Source: Lytechinus pictus (taxonomy: Eukaryota). From it: 64,000 nt of DNA. Positions within the stretch are counted from its first letter, which is position 1. Every line of letters starts with the position of its first letter. The DNA lies in contig NC_087251.1 of NCBI RefSeq assembly GCF_037042905.1, positions 49,477,358 to 49,541,357 of the forward strand. The letters run 5' to 3'. A program made the translations under genes and the position numbers. Positions 28,446-43,290 of this stretch are shown here, one piece after another. Under the pieces are notes generated by a model. That model was not told the DNA's origin. It worked only from the letters and a program-made list of their open reading frames with translations, and did no database searches.

Positions 28446-31400
28446 TATATAGGCTTGTTTGTGTAAACATTTGTTTATCTAGATCTAAACCTTCTCTTTT
28501 TATACCCTTAGCTCAGAAAATTGTTAATAATCTTTGTGATGAAATACAAAGATATATCCACTGTATGATATTGCTTCGTTATTCTTTCTCTGAATAAAGT
28601 AAAAATCTTAGAAATAACCAAGCATCCATGGCAAAATATAGCCTCTGCTGTTGAGAGAGTATGTGGCTTTGCACTGTGCATGGACACAACTCAGAAACAC
28701 AATGCCACTGCATGACATCACACGAATGGGCCCTTTCTCCATGACTTAAATTGCGTTTCCAGCTCTCAGATTTGGGTGGTTATGTCGTTGGTTAAATTAA
28801 AAAAAAAAATTGTTTTGTTACCTGGATGGAGCTAGATACTATTACAGGGGTCGAAATCTTTCTATTGATGTGTAAATCTCAGTTTTTGTGATCGTCTTTT
28901 AATTTTTACTTTACTATTTTTATAAAGGAGTATTGAAGTTTATACCTATAGGGTACTCCTTTCGTTGGGGGCTAACTCGGTTGCTGATTTAATCTTAGAG
29001 ATTACCTGTAATAGGGGCAAGGTAATTGGTAATGAATTATTGCTGGTATTCCAATTACTCCTCCAGCTCATGAACTAGGCAATGCGACTTTAATAAATCA
29101 GAGTCATATATCACTCCTCATAGCATTACAAACCCAATGAAGGGGAGAGGGGGTGATTAACCAAGGTCACATCTTGTAACGAGATTTGTCAACTCTTTTA
29201 CTCATACAAAGCTGCCTCTGTCTGTATACTGTACAAAGTAGTTTAAGGAATCGGTGCCAGGCTATTTTCACAGCTCTCAATAATTCAAAGCGCATCTGCG
29301 TTTAACAGTATGTCTCGCACATTTTTCAATAATGTGGCTATAGTTACAAAATCTTGTAGTTTACCCTTGGTTATTGATGTAGCCCATATGTAAGATGGGG
29401 AGTTTTAATTTATCAAGTGGACAATAATGATTTTCCCTCCATGCCTGTATTATCATAATCATTCTCTTTTTTTCAGAGGTTGAGAGCAAAATAATTACCA
29501 TTTGTATGCATTAATGTTACTAATCACATATATAGGCATAAATGTTTTGTTCATATTCATGTACTATATCCCTTGTACCAGAAACCAACCTGATTCATGT
29601 TTTGTTTTGTCTTATCGGTGGAATAAAGGAATGCTCTTTATCACCCCCAATGATTAAGCAGACCAAAGTAAAAAGGGAATAAGATAAACATGTAGCCCGG
29701 GGTTAAGCAAATGACCCAAAACAGAAGGGAAAATAACAATTAGTATGTCTTTCTCCTATATGTTCAATGTGAAAAATTCCTCTTTTTTTTTATCTGCATT
29801 TTTTATAAAATCTTTTTTTCCCATCTTCCTATGCTTTGTTGGATAATACTTCTTGACTGAATATGAAAAAAAAAATGCTTTTAATTTAACAAAATATCTC
29901 AATAATCAATAATCTACCCCAATTTTCAGTTGATACTCATAACTTTTCTCCTTCCTTTTCAAGCTGTACCTTATGCGCATGCAAGCCTCCGTCATCAAAC
30001 CACCTGCCCACAAAATTGCGTATGTATTTTTTTGCTTATTTCATATAGATCTGCAAACATTTGCTTTTCTTTATTTGATGGTTATCAATGCTAAAAAAGA
30101 ATTTATGAAGTGACCAACTGCCAAAATCAATTCCATTTCTTTTCTTTAAAACCTAATTGATCTCTTTGGCAAGAATGTACTTTTTCAAATCACCTGCCTA
30201 ATATTCAATCATGAATACATATCATAAATATCAATGTTTTTAAAGGGGTTGTTAAAGGAGAAAAATATTGATTATGAACATATTGCCTTATTATCAATGG
30301 AAAGGTAATGATGTGGGGATTATCATTAGGTCATTTGAAAATAACTAAAATAATACATAAGGTGGAAATCGCCAATTAAAAAGCGAAATATGATTCGCAT
30401 CGGTCCCTGAATTGACTCAAATTTCATGATGGTACCAGAGACGTGATTGGCTCTCCCACATCAAGCTCCACTTACGTGCAAAACCGATTGCGAATGCTAG
30501 TGAATTTGCGATTTCTCCACACTGTCACTGAGTAGTTCAATCATGAAATGGAAGAAAACCCAGAATTATAACTAGATTTGGATTTCGAAAGAAACGTTGT
30601 TGAAGAAGAAGATATTGATGATGACGATTCTAGCTCTATTGAACAAAGCGACATGGAAGAAGGAAAATTAGGGATGAACTATAGTTTCTGAGGTGAATGG
30701 GAAGTACCATACCAGAAACAGCAATATTAGGAATTCATATAGCACCATCTATCTAGAAATAATCTATTCTGAGGCACACGATTATAAATTTATTACTGCA
30801 GCTTAAAATTAATATGCATTCCAGTTTTCCGTTTTACTGTTTTTACATATTTTAATTTGCAGTCTTTCCTTTGAAAAACACAATCTTGAATTGAAACTCT
30901 AGCTTCCTTTTTCTGTTTTGCGTTCACGAAACAGAAAATTTAATTGAAATCTTGTTTTCTTTTTCCTTTTCAAAATCAGAAACACAAATTATATGATCGT
31001 ACCACCGTCAAGGTATGATCAGATAATTCCTTTTAGGGACAGTGATTTTCCGTTTTAAAAAATTGCCTTTTCCGTTTCAGAATATCTTAAATTACGTTTC
31101 AGCATGTCAGAAAACAGAAGTTCCGTCTCCCCATAGACTTTGTGTACATGAAAAAGGGACAATTCTGTTTACCCATTCAGTAGCACTATCACAACACTCG
31201 CACTGGTCAAAATTTGTATCCGCCACTGTACCAACAACGCAGTAGAATCCGCTCTAATCGGATCTATGCAGGTACACAAATTATTTTGACAAACACATTT
31301 AACATGACTACATCATCACCTTTCACATTATTAGGTGGTCTGTCTATGACAGATCACCTCTTAATTTTTCGCACCTATGATTGTCGCCAACTTTTCTCCA

Positions 31401-34400
31401 AATCGGCTGTATCAATTTCGCTAAATCTTTCGTCATATATAGAGTCTATCATAGAGACGCCATACTAAGCTTTTCAAGGTCATCAAGTCATGATGACGTC
31501 ATCTACATGCCATTTCGTAAAATTCTTTATTTCATCATATCTACAAAACGGATAATCAATAATCAATCATATTTACATGAAAACAAACTTTAGGTTTTTT
31601 TTAATAAAGGTCAACTGTCAAAGTCATCAAAGGTCATGCAAAAGTCATGACGCGCGTGTATACGAGCATGTATGTGCGCGTCAAAATTGAAAAATATATC
31701 AGTTCATTTTAAGCATTTCAAGTTTTTGTGCGTAACGGTGTTACGCAGCATAAATTTGCTGTTTTTTCTATGCGTATGTATTATTGATATAATTCTGATC
31801 AAATTGATACCTCGAGCAGCTCTCTACAATCATTAATGAGGGAATGAGCACCCATTAAAGTTTGCAGCACGCGTGCGCGCAAGCTCTTTCCATAGGCTCT
31901 ATATGGGCAAAAACATGCCTATTCACAAATTCACTGTATCTCTTCAGAACGAACGGGGACCCCCAATTTTTTTTTAAATATTTCGATAGAGTATAATTCA
32001 TACATATTGAATACGTTTTGAATAAGATCAATCTGCGTATCTCAATAAACATGCATGCGCGTGCTTTAGAGTTAGACAGAATCTGGGCATTCTGAATACA
32101 TTTCATTTTTCATTATGAAAATAAATGAGAGCGCGGAGCGCGAGCTGAAAATATTTGAAATTCCCATATAAAATTGGTAAATTTAAGCACTATTTAAAGC
32201 ATTGTGTATATAGGGAAATTGTGAAGTGGATAGCACTTAAGCGAGAGCGAAGCGCGAGCTGATATTTTATTAATATTTTAACCTAGAGAATCGGGACATT
32301 CTAGGCCTAAGGACATTTTGTCATCATATAAAAATGATGACCATCTTCTATTCCTCTTCCTAAAACTTGTTGATATTTTTTTCTGAAAAAGGGACAATTT
32401 AGTTATTATGAATTCATAAAAATTTTATTTCATATTTATTAATCTAATAAGCCTAATGAGTGCGTGAAATTTGTTGACGGTGCATGAGGCCTGAAAATTG
32501 GATATTTTAAGGTTTTTTGTAATCATGAATAGGATTCATAGGTTAATATATTTTTAGCAAATAATGTGAGTGCAAATCGCGATACTAAGTTTTTAAGAAA
32601 CTGTCATAAATGGGGGAATTCAAGTAGTTTGTTATCGAATTAATATGTATACATAACTCGCCAATCATAATGCAAGCGCACAGCGCTAGGTCATAGGCCT
32701 TCATTTTTGACAATCGAGACATCTGAAAAGGGATATTTTGAGAATCTTATATGAAATACAGAAATAAAATAGGTAGGCCTACTTGGCAAATAATGTGATT
32801 GCACAAATGTTCCAAATGTTGATTCAAACCATAAAACTGACATTTTCCAGAGCACTTTAAAAAATAAATTGGTAAATCAAACACAAGGCAAAAGCGGTTT
32901 TGTGTCTCACCCACTTTATGAAAATAATCAGAAATATCGTGATTTGCGAGGGGCCTGACAACATGATTGTAATTTTGTATTTTCCAGAAAAGACTTGTGT
33001 CGTATTATTATGAACATAAATTTCTCGAAATTTCTGTTTCATACATATGTACCATTAGAAGTGTAAGTCACTTAAGATTTTATACATTATTTTCAATGGT
33101 AGTAGCAAGGAAACTTAAGTTAAAGTATACACTAAGATATAGGCCTATATACACTGTGATATTGATCAGGAAATCAATAAGAAGTCCTCTCCTGGAAGGA
33201 TTAACTATTCTTCATCAAGTCCTTTAACAATTCTACTACTGTACATATGTATTATGAAGTTTTACAAAGATGCAGGATAAGTGGTTCAGAACTTGTTATA
33301 AGCAGCTTAACCAAACCGCAAGTAACACAACAGCATTCTTTATTCTCGACTTAATGAGACATTTTCCCTTTCACTGTTGAAGTGACAAACAGGTACCATA
33401 CATGTAGTAAATGATATGGCAAGAAATGAGATGATCAACATTAGTACAGAGAACATTGATCCAATACCTTCGTAAGCTTGAATTTCTACATGTACATGTT
33501 CCTCACAAAAAGGTGTAAGTACTGCCACATATGTTTTTCTAAATGATGAGAAATCATGATCTCATATCAATTGTTTGTGATCACTGCTATGACAATTATA
33601 ATTATCATAAACAAAATTTAGATTTGTATACACTGCATAAGGTTATCTGATCTCTTTTTAAAGTACATGTAACAGATACTGAGCACTTGAAAAAGCTAAA
33701 TGGAGTAGGGAGATATGACCATAGGTCATACATGTATGGTTATTATGAGAAATATGATGATAATACAATTTTCCATTTCTGTGAGGCGTTTTCCAAAACA
33801 AATATGATATAAAAATCTTACTGAGTCAACAGTGGACATGTAGGCATATACGTACAAGAATAACTGTTGATAAGCGTTAAGAGTTTCCAGGTCATTACCA
33901 ATACTGACTTGTATTATTGTATACAATGTAGAAATGGGAAACTTTGGAGACCTTCTTCTGTGTTGCTAATAAATGCATGGTCACCATAACTGATACTTAA
34001 ACGATCTCCATTGGCCTAAATTTTTCATCATTCCAATTTATCTAAATCAGAACAAGATTTTTCTTTCGGTAATCAAGATACATGTACAAACAAGTTGGGC
34101 TATTTTGTTGCTCTCATCTCGAAAGTAAAATCTTGCATCAACTATTAACAGATGTGAACTACATGTACCTTCGTGCCAATCTAAAGTGGGAGAATTACGG
34201 AAACGGCAACCACGTAATAAATGTACATGTAGGTTTATAGACAGTACAGAGTATTTATACAGTAAAATCGTAATCTACACTCAAGCCCCCCCCCCCTAAA
34301 TTCCCAGCCACAGACAAGTAATTAGTACATTATACATGATCGTATGTCATGCGGGAAACCATGCATGTCATTCAATTACTTCTCAGGGTTCTGGAATAGA

Positions 34401-34625
34401 TTAATGAGATAATAATGAATTAATCTAAATGCATTGGTGGGAGTGGTCCATACCATAAGATCTAGGCCTCTACCAGCGATTAGAAAATCACCATCAAATG
34501 TAATGAGATTTCGTGCAGAAGCAATATATATATGAGAACCACAGTGAGCATGTAATAATGTATGTACAATTGTACATGTATATCATAAAGTGAATGCCAA
34601 ACTTTAAAAATTGTAGTTCATGTAA

Positions 34626-35730
34626 AACTAGCACATCAATGATGTGGAGCTCATCCCGCATCTCGCAACAAAATTTAACACAATTTTAATTTCAGCCAAG
34701 TTGACACTGTAGTGAATTATATTGGTGACATAAATTGGGGATATAGAATTGAAATTGATGAAGAAATGGCATACAGTGTAGAAGCATTTTTTTGTGATCT
34801 ATGAATAAATTTCATATAAATTAAGCATAAATAATTTTCTAGTCGAAATTTCTTAACTCTGTGTAGAACCTTGGTGAACCTCATGTAGCTCTCAGATGGA
34901 ACAAAAATAACCAAAATCAATCAACAAATAAATAAGTATTTTTTGTGAGTTTTGAAAATATATGAATAAAATAGCATATTTAATGAGTTTTAAAATTCTG
35001 TGTTGAAATTTTTATCACCACCTCGAGCTATCGTATGAAGCAAGCAAAATTGAAATTGATCAACAAATGAAGAAGAAATTTTTTTTGTGTGATTTATGAA
35101 ATTTTGCATAAATTAGCATAAATAATTTTCTAGACAAAATTTTGTGTACAAGTTTGGTGAACCTCATGCAGCTCTACCAGATGGAAGAAAAAAAATCAAA
35201 ATCGGTCGACAATTAAAGAAGAAGCATTTTGTGTGAACTTTTAATACGCATAAATTTGCATATCTAATGAGTTTCAAAATTCCGTGTAGAAATTTTGAAT
35301 CCCCCACCTAATGCTATCATATAATGCAAACCAAACAGAATTGAAATCAGACTTGAAATAACGAAGAAGAAGCATTTTGAAATTCAGTCAACAAATAGAA
35401 GAGGCATTTTCTGTGATTTATGAATTTCGCATAAATTAGCATAAATAATTTTCTACTGTAAATTCAAAAATTCTGTATAAAAGTTTGGTGAACCTCATGA
35501 AGCTCTACAAGATGGAAGAAAAAAATCAAAATCGGTCAACAAATAAAGAAGAAGCATTTTATGTGAATTTTTAAAAATATGCATAAATTTCGCATGAATT
35601 AGCATAAAAATTGTTCTAGTCAAAATTTCAAAATTCTGTGTAGAAGTTTGGTGAATCTCATGAAGCTCTACCAGATGGAAGCAAAAAATTCCAAAATCAG
35701 TCAACAAATAGGGAAGCATTTTTTGTTAAT
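34626..35730 (+). repeat. Element with a degenerate ~150-bp tandem array (HINE-like)
   Basis: Starts aaactag; recurring ggtgaacctcatg...gatggaag...aaaatcggtcaacaaataaagaagaagcattt. Confidence 0.6.
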
Positions 35731-35759
35731 TTTTAAAAAGAGAGGGGGGGGGGGGAAAT

Positions 35760-37110
35760 TAAAGAAAAAAAAGTAAGAAGAAAGACAGAAAGGACGAAGA
35801 AAGAAAAAAAAGAAAAAAAAAGAAATAAAGAAAAAAAGAGAGAGAGAGAATGGCTGCGGGGAAGAGAAAGATGGAAGATGAAAGAAAGGAAGAAAGAAGG
35901 GAAAGGAGGATTTAAATTTCCTACCTTCTTTTGTTATTTTTTTCTGTTACTATAGCTGTCTTTCTTTTCTTTCTATCTTTGTATCTTTCTTCCTTCCATC
36001 CGCCCTTTGTTTACCTATTTCTTTAATCCTTCCTTCTTTTTCCGCTTCCTTTCATTCTTTCTTACTGTCTCCCTTCCGTCCATCCATTCTTTACCTTTTC
36101 TTCCTGTCTTTTTTTCTTCCTTACTTTCTTCATCCCTTTCATACTTTCTTTCCTTTTTGTCTTTCATTCTTTCCTTCTTTCTTTCTTTCTGTTTTTCTTT
36201 ATTTCTGTCTTTCGTTCTTTTTATCTTTTTTTTTTCCATCCATCCTTTCCTTTTTTACTTATTTTTTCTTTCTGCCTTCCTTCATCTCTTTCCTTCATTT
36301 CTTTCTGTCTATCGTTCTATCTTTTTTTCCTTCCTTCCATCTATCCTTATTACCTTTTCTTTCTTCCTATCTTCCTTCTTTCCTTTCTCTCGTTTTCTTT
36401 CTTTCTCATTTCCTTCCATCAATCCTTTACCTTTTCTTTCTTCCTTTCTTTCTTTTACTTTTACCTTTTTTCTTTCTTTTTCTTTTTTTATTTGTTCCTT
36501 TCTTTCCTTCCTTTCTCTTCCCCTCAGTTTTTTTCTATTTTTTTCTTTCCTTCCTTCTTTCTTTCCTTCTTTCTTTCTGATTTTCTTTTTTTTTTGGTCT
36601 TTTGTTCTTCTGATCTTTTTTTTTTTTCCATCCATCCTTTCTTTTCTTCCTTATTTTTTCTTTCTGCCTTCCTTCATCTCTTTCCTTCATTCCTTCCTTC
36701 ATTTCTTTCTGTCTTTCGTTGTATCTATCTTTTCTTTTTTTCCTTCCATCTATCCTTATACCTTTTCTTCCTTCCTTTCTTCTTCTTTCCTTTCTCTCGT
36801 TTTCTTTCTTTCCCTTTTCCTTCCTTTCTGTTTACCTTTTTTCTTTCTTTTTTTCCCTTTTATTCATTCCTTTCTTTCCTTCCTTTCTCTTCCTCTCATT
36901 TTTTCCTATTTTTTTTTTCTTTCCTTTTTTTCCATCCTCTTTTCCCTTCCCTTCTTCCTTTCTTTCTTTCCACCTTTCTCTTCCCCGCAGCCATTCTCTC
37001 TCTTTCTTTCTTTATTTCTTTTTTTTTCTTTCTTCCTTCCTTTATTTCTTCGTCCTTTCTGTCTTTCTTCTTACTTTTTTTTCTTTCATGCTCTCCCCCT
37101 CCCTTATTTT
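35760..37110. repeat. Polypurine/polypyrimidine low-complexity tract with inverted ends and an internal duplication
   Basis: 35760-35905 (purine; gaatggctgcggggaagagaaag) is the reverse complement of ~36945-37090. The ~36200-36480 block recurs at ~36595-36870. Confidence 0.8.
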
Positions 37111-37756
37111 TTTCTCTGGTTATTTTCAGTGATTTCCCCTTTTTTTATTATGTGTCCTAGTCCCCTCCAAAAATATATGGAAAATATATGAGATTAGGAA
37201 ATTAATTAAAGAGCATATTTACCATATATTTTGTCATGATGTTCAAGATAAAAATCATTAAAAAAAAAGAAATACAACTACAAGGTACATCAGTAGTCAT
37301 GTTGAAAAATGTATTTTTAAAGCCGTCAATGGTATGGTATGTAAAACTATAAGGCTATAACTTGTTTTGAAGCAATAAAACTTTGTTTTGAAGGATTTTT
37401 TCGGGCAAGTGAAATCTATATTCGGGCAAGTATTTTCCAACTATTTGAAAATTTACTTGCCCGACTGGGCAAGTGCTTCAAAAAAGTTATGTAGCACCCT
37501 GAGAAAGAAAGAAAATAGAGAGGAAGAAAGCTCAAACTATCCAGTCATAAATAAAGAGGAAAATTTATCAATTTCCTTGGCTAAAAAAAATAGTTACGAA
37601 AGAAACGTTTATCAACATACACACAAATGCATATATGGGACTGTCAAACAATGTATTTCAGTGTGTGCGATACAGACGATCATTCGAAACCCGATCTTTT
37701 TGAAGCATAACAGAAGTGAAAATTTCTCTCTTTAGTGCTTACAAATGACAGAGCTA

Positions 37757-38721
37757 CCGTAAGTAACGGTCTATTAACCGCACCTTTTCTTGGCGGGATA
37801 GAAGCAAAAGTCGGGGGTGCGGTTTATCCACGGTGACGGGTCTGAGCCAGCCCGTCGTAACCCTTCCCGAACATGTAAGACGTCTGCCAGTTCACAACAC
37901 ATCGAGTGGCCGGGCGTAGCCGCCCAGGGCAATGTCGTTTAGAGGGGTATGAGCCGTGGGTAATAAGAAGCGATTATTAAACGCACCCACCTTCATGACA
38001 CTAATTTAGACTTTTATTCTTGGTTCAAAGCAGCGAAGTTCCCTGGCTAAGTTCAAAGAGAAGCCAAGCATACTCGGTAATATTTTGTCACAGATGAGCG
38101 AGCGCGAGAGTTGAGTTAGCTGAGCTAGCTTGCGTTGTATTGTGGTTATAGTGCGACTTAAGCTGGCGCTATTCATTTTAACCCTCGATCCCCTCCAAAT
38201 TCCCATTTCGCGCCAGCTTATTTTTTCTTTCCCGTTTGCTTTTCATAAGATACCATGTACACCACGCAAAGAGAGAGACGGCACGAAACCGTCAAAACAA
38301 CTGTAAAAAATGCCAATTTCTTTGTTTCTTGAACCTTCCTGTAATCCCGTATCCAAAATTCATGCTAAGACATCGAATGCTAGACAAATTCTGAAAGTGA
38401 TTGTGAGTTTGTGATGCAAGAAATGTGAATGTTTCTTCCTCCTAGGGCGGGAAAGACACAGATCATTATTTGATAAGATGTACTGGTACCGTATCGTAGT
38501 TTGCAATGTACAAGAACGGCAGTGCTGTGTGCGTGTACACTGTGACTGTGAGGTGAGTGAGTGTGTAAGTGGCCAATATTGTCGGGACCTTTCTTTCTTG
38601 CAAACAGTTGTAGATGAATTGATCAAGAACAGCAGATTTCCGCATACCGGTAATCTCTTTGGATACTTTGAAATCTTTAACTTAGTTTTTGTTTCTTCGT
38701 ACCTCAAATATAATGTGAGGA

Positions 38722-38752
<31 letters not shown>

Positions 38753-38801
38753 TGGGGGTGCGGTTAATCCACGGGTGCGGTTTATAGTCCGTTACTTACG
38801 G
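37757..38801. mobile_element. pogo/Tigger-like non-autonomous element
   Basis: TA|CCGTAAGTAACGG...CCGTTACTTACGG|TA; subterminal ggggtgcggtt repeats; no transposase ORF. Confidence 0.8.
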
Positions 38802-40463
38802 TACCCCAATTTTTAGGAAATATGGACATTACAAGAATTTTCATTGGTAAGAAATGTGAATTTTGACAGTTCTGTGGGAGATTTCTTCCAGAGCAAACTT
38901 CGTTCGTGCAGCACCGTACTCCGTAGAAACTTAACTACATGCATCGGCTGCGTGGACTAGGCGCTAGCTAGGTATGCTAGACTGCCATTGATTCTGTGTG
39001 TGTGTGTGTGTACGTCTCTGAGCTGTGTGTTTATTGCAGAAAATGGCGCAAATTTTGCAATTCGAATTATAAACTTTTTTGAAAGAAGAAATTAATGATA
39101 TTACTTTTTTTGTCTCTTTTTCTTTTCTATATTTTGATGGTGAAATATGGGGAATCTTTCTAAAATATAATTTCCATAGAATTTTGCTTGCCCGATTCGG
39201 GCAAGCAGTTTTTGTCTTTGCTTCAAAACACTTGCCCGACTCTAACTTTTACTTGCCCCGGGCAATCGGGCAAGCGCTTATGTCGCACCCTGCTATCCAT
39301 CACCATTTCTGCACTTCATGACACTCCTTCCAGTGGCTCAATTTATTCATCATCCCAGTATAGCTTCTGTATGAGCTGCCAAAGGGATTACTTAATCAAG
39401 TATCAAGTATGGTTGGAACTACCCCTTAACGACCACCTACTGTTCTAATCATCATATCTGTAAAAATATTTATCAGTTTTACCTAGTTTTCATCCCATCT
39501 GTGCAGAAAACTGAGCAGTTCAGAGTCCCATGTTTCGATCGGCGACTCCGATTCGATTAGAGTATATATCGGCGAACAACGAATACGACGGTTTTACATT
39601 TGCTCATTTGCACCCTTCTTCTTTTAAAACCGACCACCCGCGATACACTAAGTTTATGGCCGAATATTTTGACTCTTCCAAATCAGTTCTATGATTTTAA
39701 CATGCTAAATCATCGTCTCACTACTTCCACTGCGAGGTCCGGCACATGATTCAACGATTGACGACGGATATTTGTTCTAACACCGTTTCCTATTGGAAAC
39801 GGGGCGGGTTTGGGTCTAGTCAGAACAATTTTGATAGATTCTACTCGTACTAAATTTTTACCCTTTTCCCCTTCTTTTTCTCTCGTAAAATCGATTCGTA
39901 CCGTTCCTATGGACACTGCGCCTACTCTCACGTGCGTATCGTTTGCAATAAATATCATATTTTATAATATTTATTAGCTAATGCAAGTATTTTACAATTC
40001 ATGATAATTATCGGCCGATTGAAGTATTTTTTAAAAATTGAAATTGGCACTGCTCATGATATCGCCGCCCTCTCTTAATTTAATACGCGTCTTGTACCTA
40101 GGCTACGAACAAAGACGGAAATATGGCGACAAGATCATCTGTGAGTGTGAGTATCTGCTTATCTTCTTAGATGATTTTTCTTAATTTTTGTATTATTTTT
40201 TGTGTAAAAATAAGGTTATAAGTGACTAATGGGGGGAAATGAACTTCTTTTCCATAATACAAAATTGTGTGATAAGTTAAACAAATCAAGTGTTTTGGTT
40301 TGGAACAACATTGTTGTCTCCAAAATACTTGGTGCGTGTGGCCCTATGCCCTGCCGTCCCAGGCTTCACGGGGAGTATTAAAGCCTACGTATAGAAGAAA
40401 CAATTTTACTCCCCAGAAGCCTCCAGGCTATTATTATAGGCCTACGTACGTGTAATGAATTGA

Positions 40464-43290
40464 GCCGGTGTACCGGCGGATCCTGCGCCTGGCAGATACT
40501 GTTCTAGGCACCAAATCCGCCGGCGGATATGGTTCTCCTCCGGCGGATTCAGTACCAAAAAAGGCCACTCCCTTCGGAAGATATCGTTCTTGCGCTATCG
40601 CGATATCCTTCATTCATCACGTTCACACGTCATGCATGCACGCGCACCAGAAGTACAGGCGATATTGAGGGATCCAAATCTCTCCTTTTTTTTTAAGGAA
40701 ATGTATTTTTCATGATCATTTATGGTGTGGTGGGAGTGAGGCATCTGTGACAGCTAGAGCAAAGTTTGGGTGAGTTAAGTTTAGGGAATGTGGAGAGCTG
40801 CTATGTGGGAAAAGAATTCCTTTGAAGATGAAAGGAATGGTGTATAAGAGTTGTGTAAGATCGGTGATGTTATATGGGAATGAGACATGTGTTTGAACAA
40901 AAATAAGATGGGGATCTTAAGGAGGGCAAGGAGAGAGCAAAGGTGAGAGTGATGTGGGATGAAGTTGATGGACAGGAAGAAGACTGTGGACTTGATGAAG
41001 ATGTTAGGGTTGGAAGAAGCGAAGGACCAGTTGGCAAAGGCGAACATCGTACGTTGGTATGGGGACGTGCTGAGGAGGGATGATGGGCATGTGTAGAGAA
41101 GGGCTCTTGAGTCAGCGGCGTAGCAGGGGGGGGGGGGGGGGCAAGAGCCAAAAATTTTGTGTAATGAGGCGACTATTTTGAAAAGGCCAGATATTGCGTA
41201 TCGGGCATAATTTATCTTTAAAAAAAAGTGAGCGAAGCGAAGAGAATAATATTTTTCACTCTTCTCTCTTTAGATTCCTTTTTTTTTGGTGGTCTGTACG
41301 CCACTGTGAACAGGATTCTGCGGCAGTAGCGTGAAGTGTAAAAAAAAAAAACGAGGGGCGCAGTATAGCACATGAGCTAAAAAGCTGCTTTATATAAGTC
41401 CCGAACGAAGCCAGCGAGAAAAAAATCACCTTTTCATGATAATACTACTAATAATACTTCCCTTATATAGCGCATAAAACTGAAAGTTTCTCTACGCGCT
41501 TTACAATAAATGAAACAAAATTCACATACTGCACACAAAGAAGAATCTAACTTTGAGCTATTTTTTGGCATTATATTCAGTAAATAAAATCATATTCTAC
41601 ACTTTTCCTTTGCTTTTCTTTCCTCCTTTCTTTTTGTTCTTGTTTGTAGAACTTTTTGGGACCATAGCCCAACCCTTCCATACGCAGTGCTGTGCGGTTG
41701 GGGTCCGGAATTTCTTGATATCAAAGCCATTTAAACCTCGCAGATTGCCGCTATTTTAATCAAATCGCGGGCATGTACAGGATATAGCTTTTACACAACA
41801 CATTTATTCAACCCAGTTGCGTAATGAACCAAATATTTTGAGGGGCAAAACATAGTAATGTGGGAAAAATCTGTAAAAAGTCGCAAAGCGATCGAGCTGG
41901 AAAAAAATGCCTTTTGAAATTAAATTCTAATTATGTAATTGATTTTTCCATTAGATTCAGCAAATAACAAATTTCATTGTTTCCATTCATTTCATTATAC
42001 CTCGTCTCCTTTAATTTATTTTATTTCTCTTGGGTGTGGAACCAAGACCCCCCCCCCCCCCCCCCGGCGCATGTGCAGTAATTGAACGTGATTGTGAACG
42101 GGAAGCGTTATAGAGCAATTTGAGGTTCAGTATAAATGAAGAGCCCCTACTGTGTGGGGTCTGGGGCAAAGCCCCGGTAGCTTATTTACATAAAATTTAG
42201 CTAGCTTATAGCACAATGTTGTATGCAGTCCATCTTTCTTCCCGCTCTTTAATTTCAATCATCGGAAGCCCGGTCGTGTTATTTTTTTTTTCTTGTCCCT
42301 TTTCTTTGTTTTCCAAAAATTAGCTTTTGACTAATTGCATTTTACCTTCGTTTCGCGCTATTGTTTGCCATTTTGTCATCTTTTAATTTATTTCCCACCG
42401 TGCTATTGCATTACATATGCCTGTTTTGGAATGATTTGTTCTTTCTCAAATGTTCTTCTTTCGTTAATTTTCCCGATTTCCTTCCTTTTCCATTAAAAAG
42501 GGTTTTTTTCTTCATTTTCTTTTCACCTTTCCCTTTCTTTCTCCCTCCTTTTTTTTCCTTTCCCGTTTTTCTTTTATTCCTGGTGAAATCCGCCAGGGGG
42601 CAACTTCCCCCCCCCCCCCGCCTGTTACGTCATGAATATCCATTAGGTGGACTGATGATGTCACATCTCCACTTGTTCTTTTGTAATTTATTATATGAAA
42701 TTAGGTTTATTCAAATTTTTTCCTCCAAGAACTAGAAAATTTGGATTGACAACTGATTTAGTGCATTAGATATTTATTGCTGCAACTTATTTCATTATAA
42801 GGGAGACATATAATTCACACAAGTATGAACTAAATGAAAAAAATATGGTTTTGTGTGATAACATAAGAAAACGGAAAATGGGGATGTGACATCATCAAAA
42901 TCGGATAATAATAAATAGCAAAGTTTTGGCGCATGTGCCAGGACTATGTATACATGATATATCGAGTCATTGTTTCTCCTATTCCCTCATCCGCCCCTGA
43001 ATAAAAATTCACTAAAAGTCTAAAGGCGGACGAAAATCCCCTCCCCCCATTGGTAACGACATTGCCAGAGCCGCGCATGCGCGCGCTGCCGAGGTTGGAC
43101 GTCTGTCCAAATAAATATTACACGTATCGTCAATAGAACCAAATCCGCCGAGGAACCAAATCTGCAAACATCAAGCCGCGTCAAACCTGGCGGATATGGT
43201 TCCGATTAAAAACGATATCGGCCATTAAGAACGATATCTGCCGGCGGATACGGTATCCGCCGGTGGAACCGAATCCGCCGCTACACCGGC
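40464..43290. mobile_element. TIR element (GCCGGTGTA...TACACCGGC) with GGCGGAT subterminal repeats and nested fragments
   Basis: Inverted termini and multiple ggcggat/atccgcc motifs at both ends; no TSD recognised. Confidence 0.65.
40722..41110 (+). pseudogene. Degenerate RTE-clade LINE C-terminal fragment
   Basis: Frame-broken translation FRECGELLCGKRIPLKMKGMVYKSCVRSVMLYGNET...AKANIVRWYGDVLRRDDGHV*RRALE, typical of the RTE post-RT region. Confidence 0.75.

Noticed and set aside
30549..30690. Acidic coding-like stretch (EEEDIDDDDSSS), resembling a transposase N-terminus
   Set aside because: Interrupted by stops and without catalytic motifs; cannot be assigned.
36007..37191. 394-aa Phe/Ser/Leu-rich ORF and Lys/Arg/Glu-rich antisense ORFs
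   Set aside because: Low-complexity pyrimidine tract that lacks stops for compositional reasons.
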